From Deltaproteobacteria bacterium (GTDB lineage: Bacteria > Desulfobacterota > Syntrophia > Syntrophales > UBA8958), in assembly GCA_029553375.1 (NCBI GenBank), contig JAKPCH010000096.1, forward strand, positions 47,382 through 111,381: 64,000 bases of DNA. Direction: 5' to 3'. The translations under genes and the position numbers were made by a program. Position 1 is the first letter of the stretch. Every line of letters begins with the position of its first letter. Of the stretch, positions 52,143 through 61,989 are shown piece by piece. The notes beneath the pieces are model-generated. The model saw only the letters and a list, made by a program, of their open reading frames with translations, did no database searches and was not told the origin of the DNA.

Positions 52143-53336
52143 CTATTTCTTCGCCCAGATGGGATCGTTGGGACCCCAATTCTCGGGGAGTACCGCCTCT
52201 GCCGTCCAATCGGGCGGGACACGCTGGCCGGGCTGCTCGCCGAGCTTCTCGATGAGCTTCTTCAGGCCCGGGCGGGCGAACTTCATATGGCCCTCCTTCT
52301 GGGTCCGGCCGTTGATGACGGCCTCGGAACGGAGCCGCTGACCGATGGTCTTCTCCATCCTGCGGCCGAGCCACAGGACGCGGTCCACGTTATAACCGTG
52401 TTCGATGCCCAGCTCGTCGATCTGCACCAGGAGATCCTCCATGCAGATCAGGCCCACGTAGCGGGGGTCTTCGTAGTAGTACTCGCCGGTGCCGCGGACG
52501 GGGCAGTCGTCGAGGAAGTTGGCCGGCTGACCGCCCAGGCCGCCCAGGGTCGCCTCGAACCTCGTGAAGCCCGCCATGAGGGCCGCCAGGATCGAGGAAG
52601 AAGCGATGCGCTTCGTCTCGTGGAGGTGGAGGAGATGGCCCTCGGGGTTGGGCATGGCGTCGAGGATCATGGAGCAGTAACGGTAAACGTCCGCCGCGTT
52701 GGCCGAACCGTCGTGGTCGGCGTGCTCGATGTCATGGGCGCCGATCTGGAACCAGCGCTTGGTGAACTCGACGGCGTCCTCCAGCTTCGTCGCGCCGCTG
52801 ATGGGGCTGCCCCAAATGGTGCTGACGGTGCCGCACATCTTGATGCCCACGTCGCGGGCCTTCTTGATGCAGCGCTCCGCCTCGCGCCAGTATTGCGTCA
52901 GGGTCGTCCCGGAGTTGGCGAAGTGATGCTCCGGGTCCGTGGAGACCATCATGAGGATCCGGTCGGGACCGATACCCTTCTTCTTCAGCTCGATGGCCCG
53001 GTCAACGGCGGGCTCCCTGATGGTCACGGCCGTCATGACGATATCGTCGTACTTGATGCCCGCCCGCTCGCAGCGCTTCTTGAAGGCGTCGCTCCGCAGG
53101 GCGGTCAGGACCTGCTCCGCGTCCCGGAACTGGGGGATCCCCTCGGGGCTGCCGAGGTTGGTGACCTCGATCTCCCGCGCCCCGGCCAGGATCATCTCCT
53201 GGGCGTAGAAGATCTTCGCGTTGGTGGAGATGAACTTCTCACAGTGCTGGAACCCGTCCCGGATGGTTATGTCCCCGATGGTGACCTTTTTAGGCATCCT
53301 GGGGAAGATTTTCCAAAGATCGTACTCTGTCGCCAT
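52143..53336 (-). CDS. HMGL-like DRE-TIM metallolyase family protein (HMG-CoA-lyase-like, atypical)
   Basis: VTIGDITIRDGFQHCEK..., HLHETKRIASSSILAALMAG and TLGGLGGQPANF. The canonical GLGGCPY signature has Gln in place of Cys. There is an insertion after that signature and a ~90-aa C-terminal extension. 397 aa. Confidence 0.7.
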   Translation of the reverse strand: MATEYDLWKIFPRMPKKVTIGDITIRDGFQHCEKFISTNAKIFYAQEMILAGAREIEVTNLGSPEGIPQFRDAEQVLTALRSDAFKKRCERAGIKYDDIVMTAVTIREPAVDRAIELKKKGIGPDRILMMVSTDPEHHFANSGTTLTQYWREAERCIKKARDVGIKMCGTVSTIWGSPISGATKLEDAVEFTKRWFQIGAHDIEHADHDGSANAADVYRYCSMILDAMPNPEGHLLHLHETKRIASSSILAALMAGFTRFEATLGGLGGQPANFLDDCPVRGTGEYYYEDPRYVGLICMEDLLVQIDELGIEHGYNVDRVLWLGRRMEKTIGQRLRSEAVINGRTQKEGHMKFARPGLKKLIEKLGEQPGQRVPPDWTAEAVLPENWGPNDPIWAKK

Positions 53337-53429
53337 ACAATTGTCCTCCTTCTTCTTATTTAGAGTTCATTCTTAAGGTCACCCTCCCCTGGCGGCAGAA
53401 AGGGGAGGGTGACCGGTGGAAAAAAATCA

Positions 53430-54230
53430 TCACTCACCCTTGAAGACGGGCTTCCGTTTCTCCGCGAAGGCCGCCAAGGCCTCGAGACGGTCCTTGGTGG
53501 GGATCGTCACCTCGTAGGCCTTGGACTCCAGGGGCAGGGCCACGCCGAGGCTCGCCTCGGTACCGTAGTTGAGGGCGAACTTGGCCTGGGCGACGCCGAT
53601 GGGGCCGTTCTTGGCGATCTCCCTCGCCAGTTCCAGGGCGGCGTCCATGAGCTTGTCGGGCTCGACGACCTTGCTTACCAGACCGATCTCCAGGGCCGTC
53701 TGGGCGTTGATACGCCGGGCCGTATAGATCAGCTCCTTCGCCTTGGCGACGCCGATGATCCTGGGGAGACGCTGGGTCCCGCCGGCACCGGGGATGATGG
53801 CGAGGGAGGTCTCCGTCAGTCCCATCAGGACGTTGGAGGAGGCGATACGGATATCGCAGGCCAGGGCCAGCTCCGTGCCGCCGCCGAAGGCGAAACCGTT
53901 GATGGCGGCGATAACCGGCACCCGCACCTGCTCCACGGCGGTGAAGGTGTTGCGGATGGTGAAGATGAAACGCCGCACCTGGTCCTGGGTCAGGGTCCGC
54001 CTCTCCTTCAGGTCGGCGCCCGTGGAGAAGGACCACTTCTTGGGATCGTCACCCGCCTTGGCGCCCGTGATGATGATGCAGCGCAGGCTCATATCGAAAT
54101 TGGCCTCCGTGATGGCGTTGTTCAGCGCCGCCAGGAGGTCGAAGTTGAAGCAGTTCATGGCATCGGGGCGATTCAGGGTCAGAATCAGTATCCCCTCTTC
54201 CGTCCTTTCCTGAAGCAGAATGTCCGACAT
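53430..54230 (-). CDS. enoyl-CoA hydratase/isomerase (crotonase) family, methylglutaconyl-CoA-hydratase-like
   Basis: ILTLNRPDAMNCF, FSTGADLKER, VIAAINGFAFGGGTELALACDIRIAS and GLTETSLAIIPGAGGTQRLPR. Confidence 0.9.
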   Translation of the reverse strand: MSDILLQERTEEGILILTLNRPDAMNCFNFDLLAALNNAITEANFDMSLRCIIITGAKAGDDPKKWSFSTGADLKERRTLTQDQVRRFIFTIRNTFTAVEQVRVPVIAAINGFAFGGGTELALACDIRIASSNVLMGLTETSLAIIPGAGGTQRLPRIIGVAKAKELIYTARRINAQTALEIGLVSKVVEPDKLMDAALELAREIAKNGPIGVAQAKFALNYGTEASLGVALPLESKAYEVTIPTKDRLEALAAFAEKRKPVFKGE

Positions 54231-54253
54231 ATCCTTCCTCCTTGGTTGCTTTC

Positions 54254-55933
54254 TTAGACCTTCAGATCACCCCAATCGGAGTGCTGGATGGGTACCCTGA
54301 GGGAGATCTCGAGGGCCCGGGCGATCTTGTCGCGGGCCTCGCTGAAGGCGACGACGCCGTCGTGGAACAGCAGGGACCCCGTGTAGAAGGGATGACCCTC
54401 GGCGTCGTAGCGGTCGCGCATCATCTGGCGGAACTTGGCCATCTCTTCCTCGTCCACCGTGCCGCCCTTGTCGATGATGTTCTTCCGCCGGACGGTCTCC
54501 ACGATGAAGCCCGCCGTCTCACCGGACATGACGGTCGTGCGGCCGCGCATGTTGGTGAAGGCGAAACGGGGCTTGAAGGCCCTACCGCACATGCCGTAGT
54601 TGGCCGCGCCGTGGTCGGGGCCGATGACGTAGGTGATCTTGGGGGTCATGAGGCAGCTGCAGGCCCGGACCATGTCGGACCCGTACTTGCCGATGCCGCC
54701 CCACTCTTCCGCCTTGCCCACCATGTAGCCCGGCGAACCCTGGAGGAACAGGACGGGGAGATGGGAGTTGCCGCAGCGGATCATCCACTCCGTCGCCTTG
54801 CGGGCCGCGTCGATGTAGATGACGCCGCTGGCGTTGGAGGCCACGACCCCCACGGGGATACCCTTCATCCACATCTTGCCGCAGATGATGGCGTCGCCGC
54901 GGCCGGGGCTGTAGGTGGGTTTGTACTCATGGAAGTAACTGTCGTCGGCCAGGCACTTGATCGTGTCTTTGATGTTGATGTACTGGTAGGTGTCAACGGG
55001 GGTGCACCTCATCATCTCCTTGTAGTCGTAGCGCGGCTCCCTCGTCTCCCTCCGGTCGATGTAGAGGCTCTGGGAGGGCTCGAACTCCATGATGTCCCTG
55101 AGCTTCTGGATACCCTCGTCCTGGGTCCTCACGAAGTGGTCGCAACCGCCGGAGTGCTGGGTGTGGACGTAGGCGCCGCCCAGGTCCTCCATGGAGACGG
55201 TCTCGCCGATGGCGGACTTGACCATGGGGGGACCGGCCAGGAAGGCGTAGGACATCTTCTCGATCATGATCGATTCCGTGGCGAGATAGACGATGTAGGC
55301 GCCGCCCGCCGTGTTCCCGCCCGTGGAGAGGGTGTACTGCTTGATCCCCATGGCGGACATGCGGCACATGTTGTAGAACATGCTGCCGAAATGGCCGTCG
55401 TCGGCGAAACAACCAACCTGGAGGGGGAGGTTGATCCCGCCCGAGTCGGCGATGTAGATGCAGGGGAGGCGGCAGGCCTCGGCGATGGCCTGGGCCCTCA
55501 TGTGCTTCTTGAGGGTGATGGGGAAATAGGTCCCCGCGGCATAGCGGTTCTCGTTGGCGAAGATCATGCAGTCCTTGCCGTGGATCACGCCGACGCCCGT
55601 GATGAGGCCGCCGCCGGGGATATGGCCGCGCTTCTCCTGCTCGTAAACCTCGCCGCCGTAAAGACGTTTTTTGCCGATATCGTAACCGGCATCCAGACCG
55701 AGCTCGAAGAACTCCGTGCCCGGATCGATGAGCTGAGAGATGAGCTGGCGCATGGGTTTCTTACCCTGCTTCGCCAGGCGCGCCACCTGCTCATCACCGC
55801 CTATGTTGTAGGCCTCCTCACGATGTTTGAAGAGAATCTCGTCCTGCGCGAGCCAGTGCTGGAGGTTTTTCTCCCTTTCCCTCTCCAGTCTTTCCGCCCT
55901 TGTCAACCTTGGTTTCTTCTCTTCGTCTGCCAT
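54254..55933 (-). CDS. acyl-CoA carboxyltransferase subunit (MCCase beta / GcdA / PCC beta family)
   Basis: 559 aa. VGVIHGKDCMIFANE, GGAYVHTQHSGG and other carboxyl_trans N and C subdomain patterns. The substrate cannot be assigned by eye. Confidence 0.9.
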   Translation of the reverse strand: MADEEKKPRLTRAERLEREREKNLQHWLAQDEILFKHREEAYNIGGDEQVARLAKQGKKPMRQLISQLIDPGTEFFELGLDAGYDIGKKRLYGGEVYEQEKRGHIPGGGLITGVGVIHGKDCMIFANENRYAAGTYFPITLKKHMRAQAIAEACRLPCIYIADSGGINLPLQVGCFADDGHFGSMFYNMCRMSAMGIKQYTLSTGGNTAGGAYIVYLATESIMIEKMSYAFLAGPPMVKSAIGETVSMEDLGGAYVHTQHSGGCDHFVRTQDEGIQKLRDIMEFEPSQSLYIDRRETREPRYDYKEMMRCTPVDTYQYINIKDTIKCLADDSYFHEYKPTYSPGRGDAIICGKMWMKGIPVGVVASNASGVIYIDAARKATEWMIRCGNSHLPVLFLQGSPGYMVGKAEEWGGIGKYGSDMVRACSCLMTPKITYVIGPDHGAANYGMCGRAFKPRFAFTNMRGRTTVMSGETAGFIVETVRRKNIIDKGGTVDEEEMAKFRQMMRDRYDAEGHPFYTGSLLFHDGVVAFSEARDKIARALEISLRVPIQHSDWGDLKV

Positions 55934-56254
55934 ACCTACCTCCTCCTTGTGATCTTTATGGGTAAAAACCCGATCCCGAAGAATCCATACACCCCTTGCC
56001 TAAACCCAACGGTCCCGAAAAGAACCTCGGTGGGAAAACAAAAAGATGCTTTCGTTTGGACCCGGTCGAAATCTCCGTATAGTCTATGGGGTGGAAACAT
56101 CGCTTGGCCTGCGAAACCAGGGTTACCTATATGAAAGCCACGGTGGTGTCAAGTCTTTTATTGGCCGGGACATCGCCTGTTGTGGGCGAAAAGGAAATAT
56201 GATACGAAGACCGGCCTTGTGTTGTCCATACTTTCCGCCCCGGCGGTGATGACG

Positions 56255-56440
56255 ATGAAGTACTTTCTCTGTGTCATGGGGATGGTGTTGATCGTGGAGG
56301 GCCTCCCCTATTTCGCCTTCCCCGAAAAGATCAAGGCCTACCTCGCCAAGATATCCGAGATCCCCGACGGGACCCTGAGGCTCATCGGGCTGGTTTCCAT
56401 GATCGCCGGCCTCGTCCTCCTCTATTTCGGCAGGACCTGA
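56255..56440 (+). CDS. DUF2065-like small membrane protein
   Basis: MKYFLCVMGMVLIVEGLPYFAFPEKIKAYLAKISEIPDGTLRLIGLVSMIAGLVLLYFG. Its stop overlaps the queA ATG. Confidence 0.6.
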   Translation: MKYFLCVMGMVLIVEGLPYFAFPEKIKAYLAKISEIPDGTLRLIGLVSMIAGLVLLYFGRT

Positions 56441-57486
56441 TGACGAGGGTCTCCGACTTCGATTATCACCTGCCCCCGGGGCTCATCGCCCAGGCGCCCC
56501 TCCCTCAGAGGGACGCCTCGCGGATGATGGTCGTCCACCGCCCGTCGGGGGAAATGGAAGACCGATGCTTCCGGGACTTCCCCTCTTTCTTGGACCGGGG
56601 AGACGTCGTCGTCGTCAACGACTCCCGCGTGATCCCCGCCCGTCTGGAGGCCAGGAGGGAGACGGGCGCCAGGATCGAGGTCCTCCTCCTGAGGCGGCCG
56701 GACGGCGAGGGCATAACGGATGAAGGGGAGGTGTGGGAATGCCTCCTCAAGCCGGCGCGGCGCCTTAGGGAGGGGGAGAGGCTGACCTTCGGGGCCGGCG
56801 CCGAGGGCAGGATCCTGGAGCGCTTGTCGGACAAAAAGTGGCGCCTGGGTATCGCCACGGACAGGCCCTTGGCGACCTTCCTGGAGGAACGAGGACTCCC
56901 CCCCCTGCCGCCTTATATAAAGAGGAAGGGGGCGTCGGGAAAGGAAGAGGACCTGGTACGGTACCAGACCGTCTATGCCCGGCGGCCCGGTTCCGTGGCG
57001 GCGCCGACGGCGGGCCTCCACTTCTCGCCGGCGGTCCTCCAGGAAATAGCCGCCCGGAACGTTCCCGTCGTCTCCGTCACCCTCCACGTGGGCTACGGGA
57101 CCTTCTCGCCCATCGAGGTCGAAGAGATCGAAGACCATGTCATGGACGCCGAACCCTTCGAGATGCCGACGGCCGCGGCCGAAAGGATCAACGCGGCCCG
57201 AAGGGTCGTCGCCGTGGGCACGACCTCTTGCCGCGTCCTGGAGACGGCGGCGGACGAAAGGGGACATATAGAGGCCCGCTCGGGGGTCACGAGTCTCTAC
57301 ATCTTTCCCGGTTACCGTTTCAAGCGGGTCGGGGCCCTCCTGACGAACTTCCACCTCCCCCGCTCCTCCCTCTATCTCCTCGTCTGCGCCTTCGCCGGCA
57401 AGGAACTCATGGAGAAGGCCTACCGCCGGGCCGTCGAGAAGCGCTACCGTTTCTACAGTTACGGCGACTGCATGTTGATCCTCTGA
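56440..57486 (+). CDS. queA: S-adenosylmethionine:tRNA ribosyltransferase-isomerase
   Basis: VSDFDYHLPPGLIAQAPLPQRDASRMMVV...GTTSCRVLE...LLTNFHLPRSSL. Confidence 0.95.
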   Translation: MTRVSDFDYHLPPGLIAQAPLPQRDASRMMVVHRPSGEMEDRCFRDFPSFLDRGDVVVVNDSRVIPARLEARRETGARIEVLLLRRPDGEGITDEGEVWECLLKPARRLREGERLTFGAGAEGRILERLSDKKWRLGIATDRPLATFLEERGLPPLPPYIKRKGASGKEEDLVRYQTVYARRPGSVAAPTAGLHFSPAVLQEIAARNVPVVSVTLHVGYGTFSPIEVEEIEDHVMDAEPFEMPTAAAERINAARRVVAVGTTSCRVLETAADERGHIEARSGVTSLYIFPGYRFKRVGALLTNFHLPRSSLYLLVCAFAGKELMEKAYRRAVEKRYRFYSYGDCMLIL

Positions 57487-57493
57487 TAAAGCC

Positions 57494-58624
57494 ATGGCCC
57501 TGTCTTTCACCGTCATCAAGACCGATGCCTCCACGGGGGCCCGCCTGGGCAGGATGGCGACGGCCCGGGGCGAAGTGGCCACCCCCGTCTTCATGCCCGT
57601 GGGGACCCAAGGGACGGTGAAGGCCCTGACCCCCGCCGTCCTCGGGGAACTCGGCGTCCGGGTGATCCTGGCCAACACCTACCACCTCTATCTGCGACCC
57701 GGTCATCGCCTGATCGAAAAGGCGGGGGGTCTCCACGACTTCATGAACTGGCCGGGCCCGATCCTTACCGACAGCGGCGGCTATCAGGTCTTCAGCCTCG
57801 GCGGTCTGAGCAAGGTCACGGAGGAGGGATGGACCTTCCGATCCCACATCGACGGGTCCCGCCATCTCCTCACGCCCGAGGGGGCCGTGGAGATCCAGGA
57901 GGCCCTGGATTCGGACATCATGATGTGTCTCGACGAGTGCACCCCCTACCCCGCCACGTTCGAAGAGGCGCGCCGCTCGATGGCGCGGACGCTTCGGTGG
58001 GCCCGCAGGAGCCTCGAGGCGAGGAGGGATCGAGAAAAGGCCCTGTTCGGCATCGTCCAGGGCGGCGTTCACCCTTCCCTCAGAAGGGAGTCCCTGGAGG
58101 GCCTCGTCGAGACGGGTTTCGACGGTTATGCCCTGGGGGGCCTGAGCGTCGGCGAACCCAAGGAAGAGATGCGGGGCATCGTGGCCGAAACGGCCCCCCT
58201 CATGCCCCCCGAGCGGCCCCGCTACCTCATGGGGGTGGGCACGCCGGAAGACATCGTCGAGGCCGTGGCCTGCGGCATCGACATGTTCGACTGCGTCCTG
58301 CCCACCCGTGGCGCCCGAAACGGATTGTTGTTTACAAACGGGGGAAAGCTTGTTATAAAGCACGCCCGATTTCGGGAGGACCTCGGTCCCGTAGATGCTC
58401 TATGTGATTGTTACACCTGCAGAAATTTCTCGAGAGCCTATCTGCGGCACCTCTTCATGTCCAGGGAGATCCTGGCCATGATCCTCAACACCATACACAA
58501 CATCAGGTATTACATGAACCTGATGGAGCGGATCAGGGCGGCCATAGAAACGGGCCGCTTCGGGGTCTTTAAGGACTCTTTTTTGAAAAGGGAGCAAGAA
58601 ACGGGAGGGACGAACCTTGATTGA
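57494..58624 (+). CDS. tgt: tRNA-guanine transglycosylase (queuine tRNA-ribosyltransferase)
   Basis: GARLGRMATARGEVATPVFMPVGTQGTVK...LTDSGGYQVFSL...CDCYTCRNFSRAYLRHL. Confidence 0.95.
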   Translation: MALSFTVIKTDASTGARLGRMATARGEVATPVFMPVGTQGTVKALTPAVLGELGVRVILANTYHLYLRPGHRLIEKAGGLHDFMNWPGPILTDSGGYQVFSLGGLSKVTEEGWTFRSHIDGSRHLLTPEGAVEIQEALDSDIMMCLDECTPYPATFEEARRSMARTLRWARRSLEARRDREKALFGIVQGGVHPSLRRESLEGLVETGFDGYALGGLSVGEPKEEMRGIVAETAPLMPPERPRYLMGVGTPEDIVEAVACGIDMFDCVLPTRGARNGLLFTNGGKLVIKHARFREDLGPVDALCDCYTCRNFSRAYLRHLFMSREILAMILNTIHNIRYYMNLMERIRAAIETGRFGVFKDSFLKREQETGGTNLD

Positions 58625-58937
58625 CATCGCCTATGCCATGGGAAAGGCCCCGGGGAACGGGGGCAGTCCGGATTTCAGCTTCATGATCGTGATGGCCATC
58701 CTGTTCGCCATCTTCTATTTCCTCCTCATCAGGCCCCAGCAGAAGAAACAGAAGGAACTCAAAGAGATGCTGGACAATCTCGCCCACGGGGACATCGTCA
58801 TCACCACGGGGGGCATCCACGGGAAAGTGACGGCCCTCACGGACACGGTAGTGACCCTCGAGATCGCCGACAAGGTCCGCATCAAGGTGTCCCGCAACTT
58901 CATCGGCGGCGTCCTCCAGAAGGCGGGCAAGGAGTAG
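58617..58937 (+). CDS. yajC: preprotein translocase subunit YajC
   Basis: ILFAIFYFLLIRPQQKKQKELKEMLDNLAHGDIVITTGGIHGKV. TTG 58617 follows GGGAGGG; ATG 58638 is the alternative start. Confidence 0.85.
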   Translation: MIDIAYAMGKAPGNGGSPDFSFMIVMAILFAIFYFLLIRPQQKKQKELKEMLDNLAHGDIVITTGGIHGKVTALTDTVVTLEIADKVRIKVSRNFIGGVLQKAGKE

Positions 58938-58940
58938 GAC

Positions 58941-60545
58941 ATGATCAAGAGCATCCGGATCAGGGCGGCCCTGGCCTTGGTGGTCATCCTCGTCGCCCTC
59001 TTTTACCTGACCCCCTCCCTGGCCCCCCAACTCCCCGATTTCTGGAAAAAGAACCTCCCCATGGACAAGATCCACCTCGGCCTCGACCTCCAGGGGGGCA
59101 CCCATCTGGTCCTCGAGGTGGACACGGACAAGGCCATCGCCGCCATTCTTCACCGTGCGGCGGAGAATCTCAAAGAAACCCTCATGGAGAAGAAGGTCCG
59201 CTTCCTCCTCCTGGAGGGGAAGGCCGACGCCGCCACCGTGGCCTTCGAGCTCCCCGACGCGGCCTCGCGGGGGGCCTTCGAGAAGGTCCTCAAGGACGAC
59301 TACCCCGACCTGGAAATCGGCTCCTCGACCGTCCGAGACGGCCGGGAAACGTTAACGATCCGCATCCGGGAGAAAAGGGCGGAGGAGCTAAAGAAACACG
59401 CCGTGGAGCAGAGTCTGGAGACGATCCGGAACCGCGTCGACCAGTTCGGGGTGACGGAACCGGAGATCATCCCCCAGGGTAAAGACCGGATCATCGTCCA
59501 ACTGCCGGGGATAAAGGACACGGAGCGGGCCAAGAAGCTCATCGGCAAAACGGCCCTCTTGGAGTTCAAGCTCCTGGACGAGGAGCACAGCGTCGAGGAA
59601 GCCCTCAAGGGCAATATCCCCGAGGGGAGCGTCTTACTGTACGGGACCCATGTGGACAGGGAGACGGGGAGACGCACCCAGATCCCCTACCTGGTGAAGA
59701 GCAAGACCCTCCTGACGGGGGCTTCCCTCGAGTCGGCCAAGGTCTCCATCGGCGACCGTTTCGGGGAACCGCACGTCGCCCTCAAGTTCAACGCCCAGGG
59801 GGCGCAGGACTTCGAGAGGATCACGGGCGAGAACGTCAAGAAACGTCTGGCCATCGTCCTGGACGGGGTGGTCCATTCGGCCCCGGTGATCCAGGAGCGG
59901 ATCTCCGGGGGGAACGCCCAAATAACGGGCTCCTTTACCATGGATGAGGCCCGGGACCTGGCCATCGTCCTGAGGGCCGGCGCCCTGCCCGCCCCCGTCA
60001 CCATCCTCGAGGAGAGGACCGTGGGGCCCTCCCTGGGTCAGGACTCCATCGACCAGGGTCTGTGGTCCACCATCATCGGCGGCCTCCTCGTGGCCGTCTT
60101 CATGGTCGTCTATTACCGTCTCTCGGGCCTGGTGGCCGATTTCGCCCTGATCTTGAACATCGTCATCATCTTCGGGGCTCTGGCGGCCTTCAGGGCCACC
60201 CTCACCCTCCCGGGTATCGCCGGCATCGTCCTCGTCATCGGCATGGCCGTCGACGCCAACGTCCTCATCTTCGAACGGGTGAGGGAGGAGCTGCGGGCCG
60301 GCAAGACGCCCCGGGCGGCCATCGAGGCGGGGTACGGCAAGGTCTTCCTGACCATTCTGGACTCCAACGTCACGACCCTCATCGCCGCCCTCTTCCTCTT
60401 CGGTTTCGGGACGGGCCCCATCAAGGGCTTCGCCGTCACTTTGACCATCGGTATCCTGGCGAGCATGTTCACGGCCATCTTCGTGACCCGCATCATCTTC
60501 GACTACTTCGTCTGGAACCGCAGAATCCAGACGGTGAGCGTATAA
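58941..60545 (+). CDS. secD: protein translocase subunit SecD
   Basis: 534 aa. LGLDLQGGTHLVLEV, and the C-terminal 6-TM domain with AGIAGIVLVIGMAVDANVLIFERVREE. Confidence 0.95.
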   Translation: MIKSIRIRAALALVVILVALFYLTPSLAPQLPDFWKKNLPMDKIHLGLDLQGGTHLVLEVDTDKAIAAILHRAAENLKETLMEKKVRFLLLEGKADAATVAFELPDAASRGAFEKVLKDDYPDLEIGSSTVRDGRETLTIRIREKRAEELKKHAVEQSLETIRNRVDQFGVTEPEIIPQGKDRIIVQLPGIKDTERAKKLIGKTALLEFKLLDEEHSVEEALKGNIPEGSVLLYGTHVDRETGRRTQIPYLVKSKTLLTGASLESAKVSIGDRFGEPHVALKFNAQGAQDFERITGENVKKRLAIVLDGVVHSAPVIQERISGGNAQITGSFTMDEARDLAIVLRAGALPAPVTILEERTVGPSLGQDSIDQGLWSTIIGGLLVAVFMVVYYRLSGLVADFALILNIVIIFGALAAFRATLTLPGIAGIVLVIGMAVDANVLIFERVREELRAGKTPRAAIEAGYGKVFLTILDSNVTTLIAALFLFGFGTGPIKGFAVTLTIGILASMFTAIFVTRIIFDYFVWNRRIQTVSV

Positions 60546-60556
60546 GGAGTCCGTCC

Positions 60557-61468
60557 ATGGAGTTCATCAAACCGGGAACAAACTTCGACTTCGTCGGCAA
60601 GATGAAGGTGGCCTTCGGTATCTCCATGGCCATGATCGTCATCAGCATCGCCTCCATCGTCTGGCACGGGGGGCTTAACTACGGTATCGATTTCGCGGGG
60701 GGCACCATCATCCAGGTGAAGTTCAGCACCCCATTCACCATCGACAAGATCAGAGAGGCCCTGCGGCCCTTGGGACTGCAGGGGGCCATCATCCAGGAAT
60801 ACGGCCAGGGTGAGATCCTTATCCGGATCGCCGCAGGGGCCTCAGAACCGACGGGGCTCTCGGATAGGGTGGCCCAGAGCCTCAAGGGGGCCCTGGGTGA
60901 AAAGTCCGTGGAGATGAGAAGGGTGGAGATGGTGGGACCCAAGGTGGGCCAGGACCTGACGAGAAAGGCCCTCCTGGCCATCTTCTTCTCCTGGGTGGGG
61001 ATGCTCCTTTACATCGCCTGGCGTTTCGAGTTCCGTTTCGGCCTGGGGGCGATCTTGGCCCTCGTCCACGACACGATCATCACCGTCGGCGCCTTCTCCA
61101 TCCTCAACAAGGAGTTCGATTTGACCATCGTGGCCGCCCTTTTGACCATCATCGGTTACTCCATCAACGACACCATCGTCGTCTTCGACCGGATCCGGGA
61201 GAACATGCGCAAGGATCCCAAGAAAGACCTGGCCGCCGTCATCAATGAGAGCGTCAACCAGACCTTGAGCCGGACCATATTGACCTCTTTGACGGTAATC
61301 CTGGTCGTAGTTGTGCTCTTCTTCTTCGGGGGAGCCGTGATCCACGATTTCGCCTTCGCCCTCCTGGTGGGGGTCACCGTCGGGACCTATTCCTCCATCT
61401 TCATCGCCAGCCCCCTGGTCCTCGTCTGGGAAAGATACCGACCCACGGGCCGAAAGAGGAAAAAGTAG
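60557..61468 (+). CDS. secF: protein translocase subunit SecF
   Basis: Start at MEFIKPGTNFDFVGK (ATG 60557, AAGGAG RBS). GIDFAGGTIIQVKF and GYSINDTIVVFDRIREN. The longer track frame from 60062 overlaps secD. Confidence 0.95.
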   Translation: MEFIKPGTNFDFVGKMKVAFGISMAMIVISIASIVWHGGLNYGIDFAGGTIIQVKFSTPFTIDKIREALRPLGLQGAIIQEYGQGEILIRIAAGASEPTGLSDRVAQSLKGALGEKSVEMRRVEMVGPKVGQDLTRKALLAIFFSWVGMLLYIAWRFEFRFGLGAILALVHDTIITVGAFSILNKEFDLTIVAALLTIIGYSINDTIVVFDRIRENMRKDPKKDLAAVINESVNQTLSRTILTSLTVILVVVVLFFFGGAVIHDFAFALLVGVTVGTYSSIFIASPLVLVWERYRPTGRKRKK

Positions 61469-61469
61469 C

Positions 61470-61982
61470 TTGTCTCCCTTAGAGATCGCCGGTCTGACGG
61501 CCTTTATCATTATCCTCCTCGTCGGCCTCCTCGCCGTCGCCCTCGGCCTCCCCGGCGCGGCGGTCATCTTCCTGGCCGGCCTCGGTTATGCCGCCGTCAC
61601 GCGTTTCGAGAACCTGGGATGGAAAACCCTCCTTATCCTTTTCCTCTTGGCCGTCGCCGCCGAGGGCATGGAATTTCTGGCGACGGTCGCCAAGGTCTTC
61701 CGGCCGTCCCTGTCCCGCAAGGGATTCTTGGCGGCCCTCGCCGGCTCAACGCTGGGGATCTACGCCCTGGCGCCCCTTCTCCTCGGGCCGGGGGTCCTGA
61801 TCGGCCTCTTCGGGGGCGCCTTGTCGGGCCTGTTCCTCGTCGAGGCCGCAAGGCAGGGGCGTCTGAAGGCCCCCTTCCGCGCGGGACCCGCCTCCCTGTT
61901 GGGGGGCATGGCCTTATCCATGGTACGGGGATCCCTCGCCATGATCATGATCTCCCTTACCCTGATCAACGTCTATTCGTAG
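61470..61982 (+). CDS. DUF456-like membrane protein
   Basis: 170 aa, 4-5 TM, Gly/Ala/Leu-rich, TTG start 2 nt after the secF stop. Family assigned by general resemblance only. Confidence 0.55.
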   Translation: MSPLEIAGLTAFIIILLVGLLAVALGLPGAAVIFLAGLGYAAVTRFENLGWKTLLILFLLAVAAEGMEFLATVAKVFRPSLSRKGFLAALAGSTLGIYALAPLLLGPGVLIGLFGGALSGLFLVEAARQGRLKAPFRAGPASLLGGMALSMVRGSLAMIMISLTLINVYS

Positions 61983-61989
61983 AGGCAAA

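Noticed and set aside
54242-56134. 630-aa + strand ORF.
   Set aside because: It is antisense to the carboxyltransferase gene, and its translation is a D/G/A/V/H-rich shadow.
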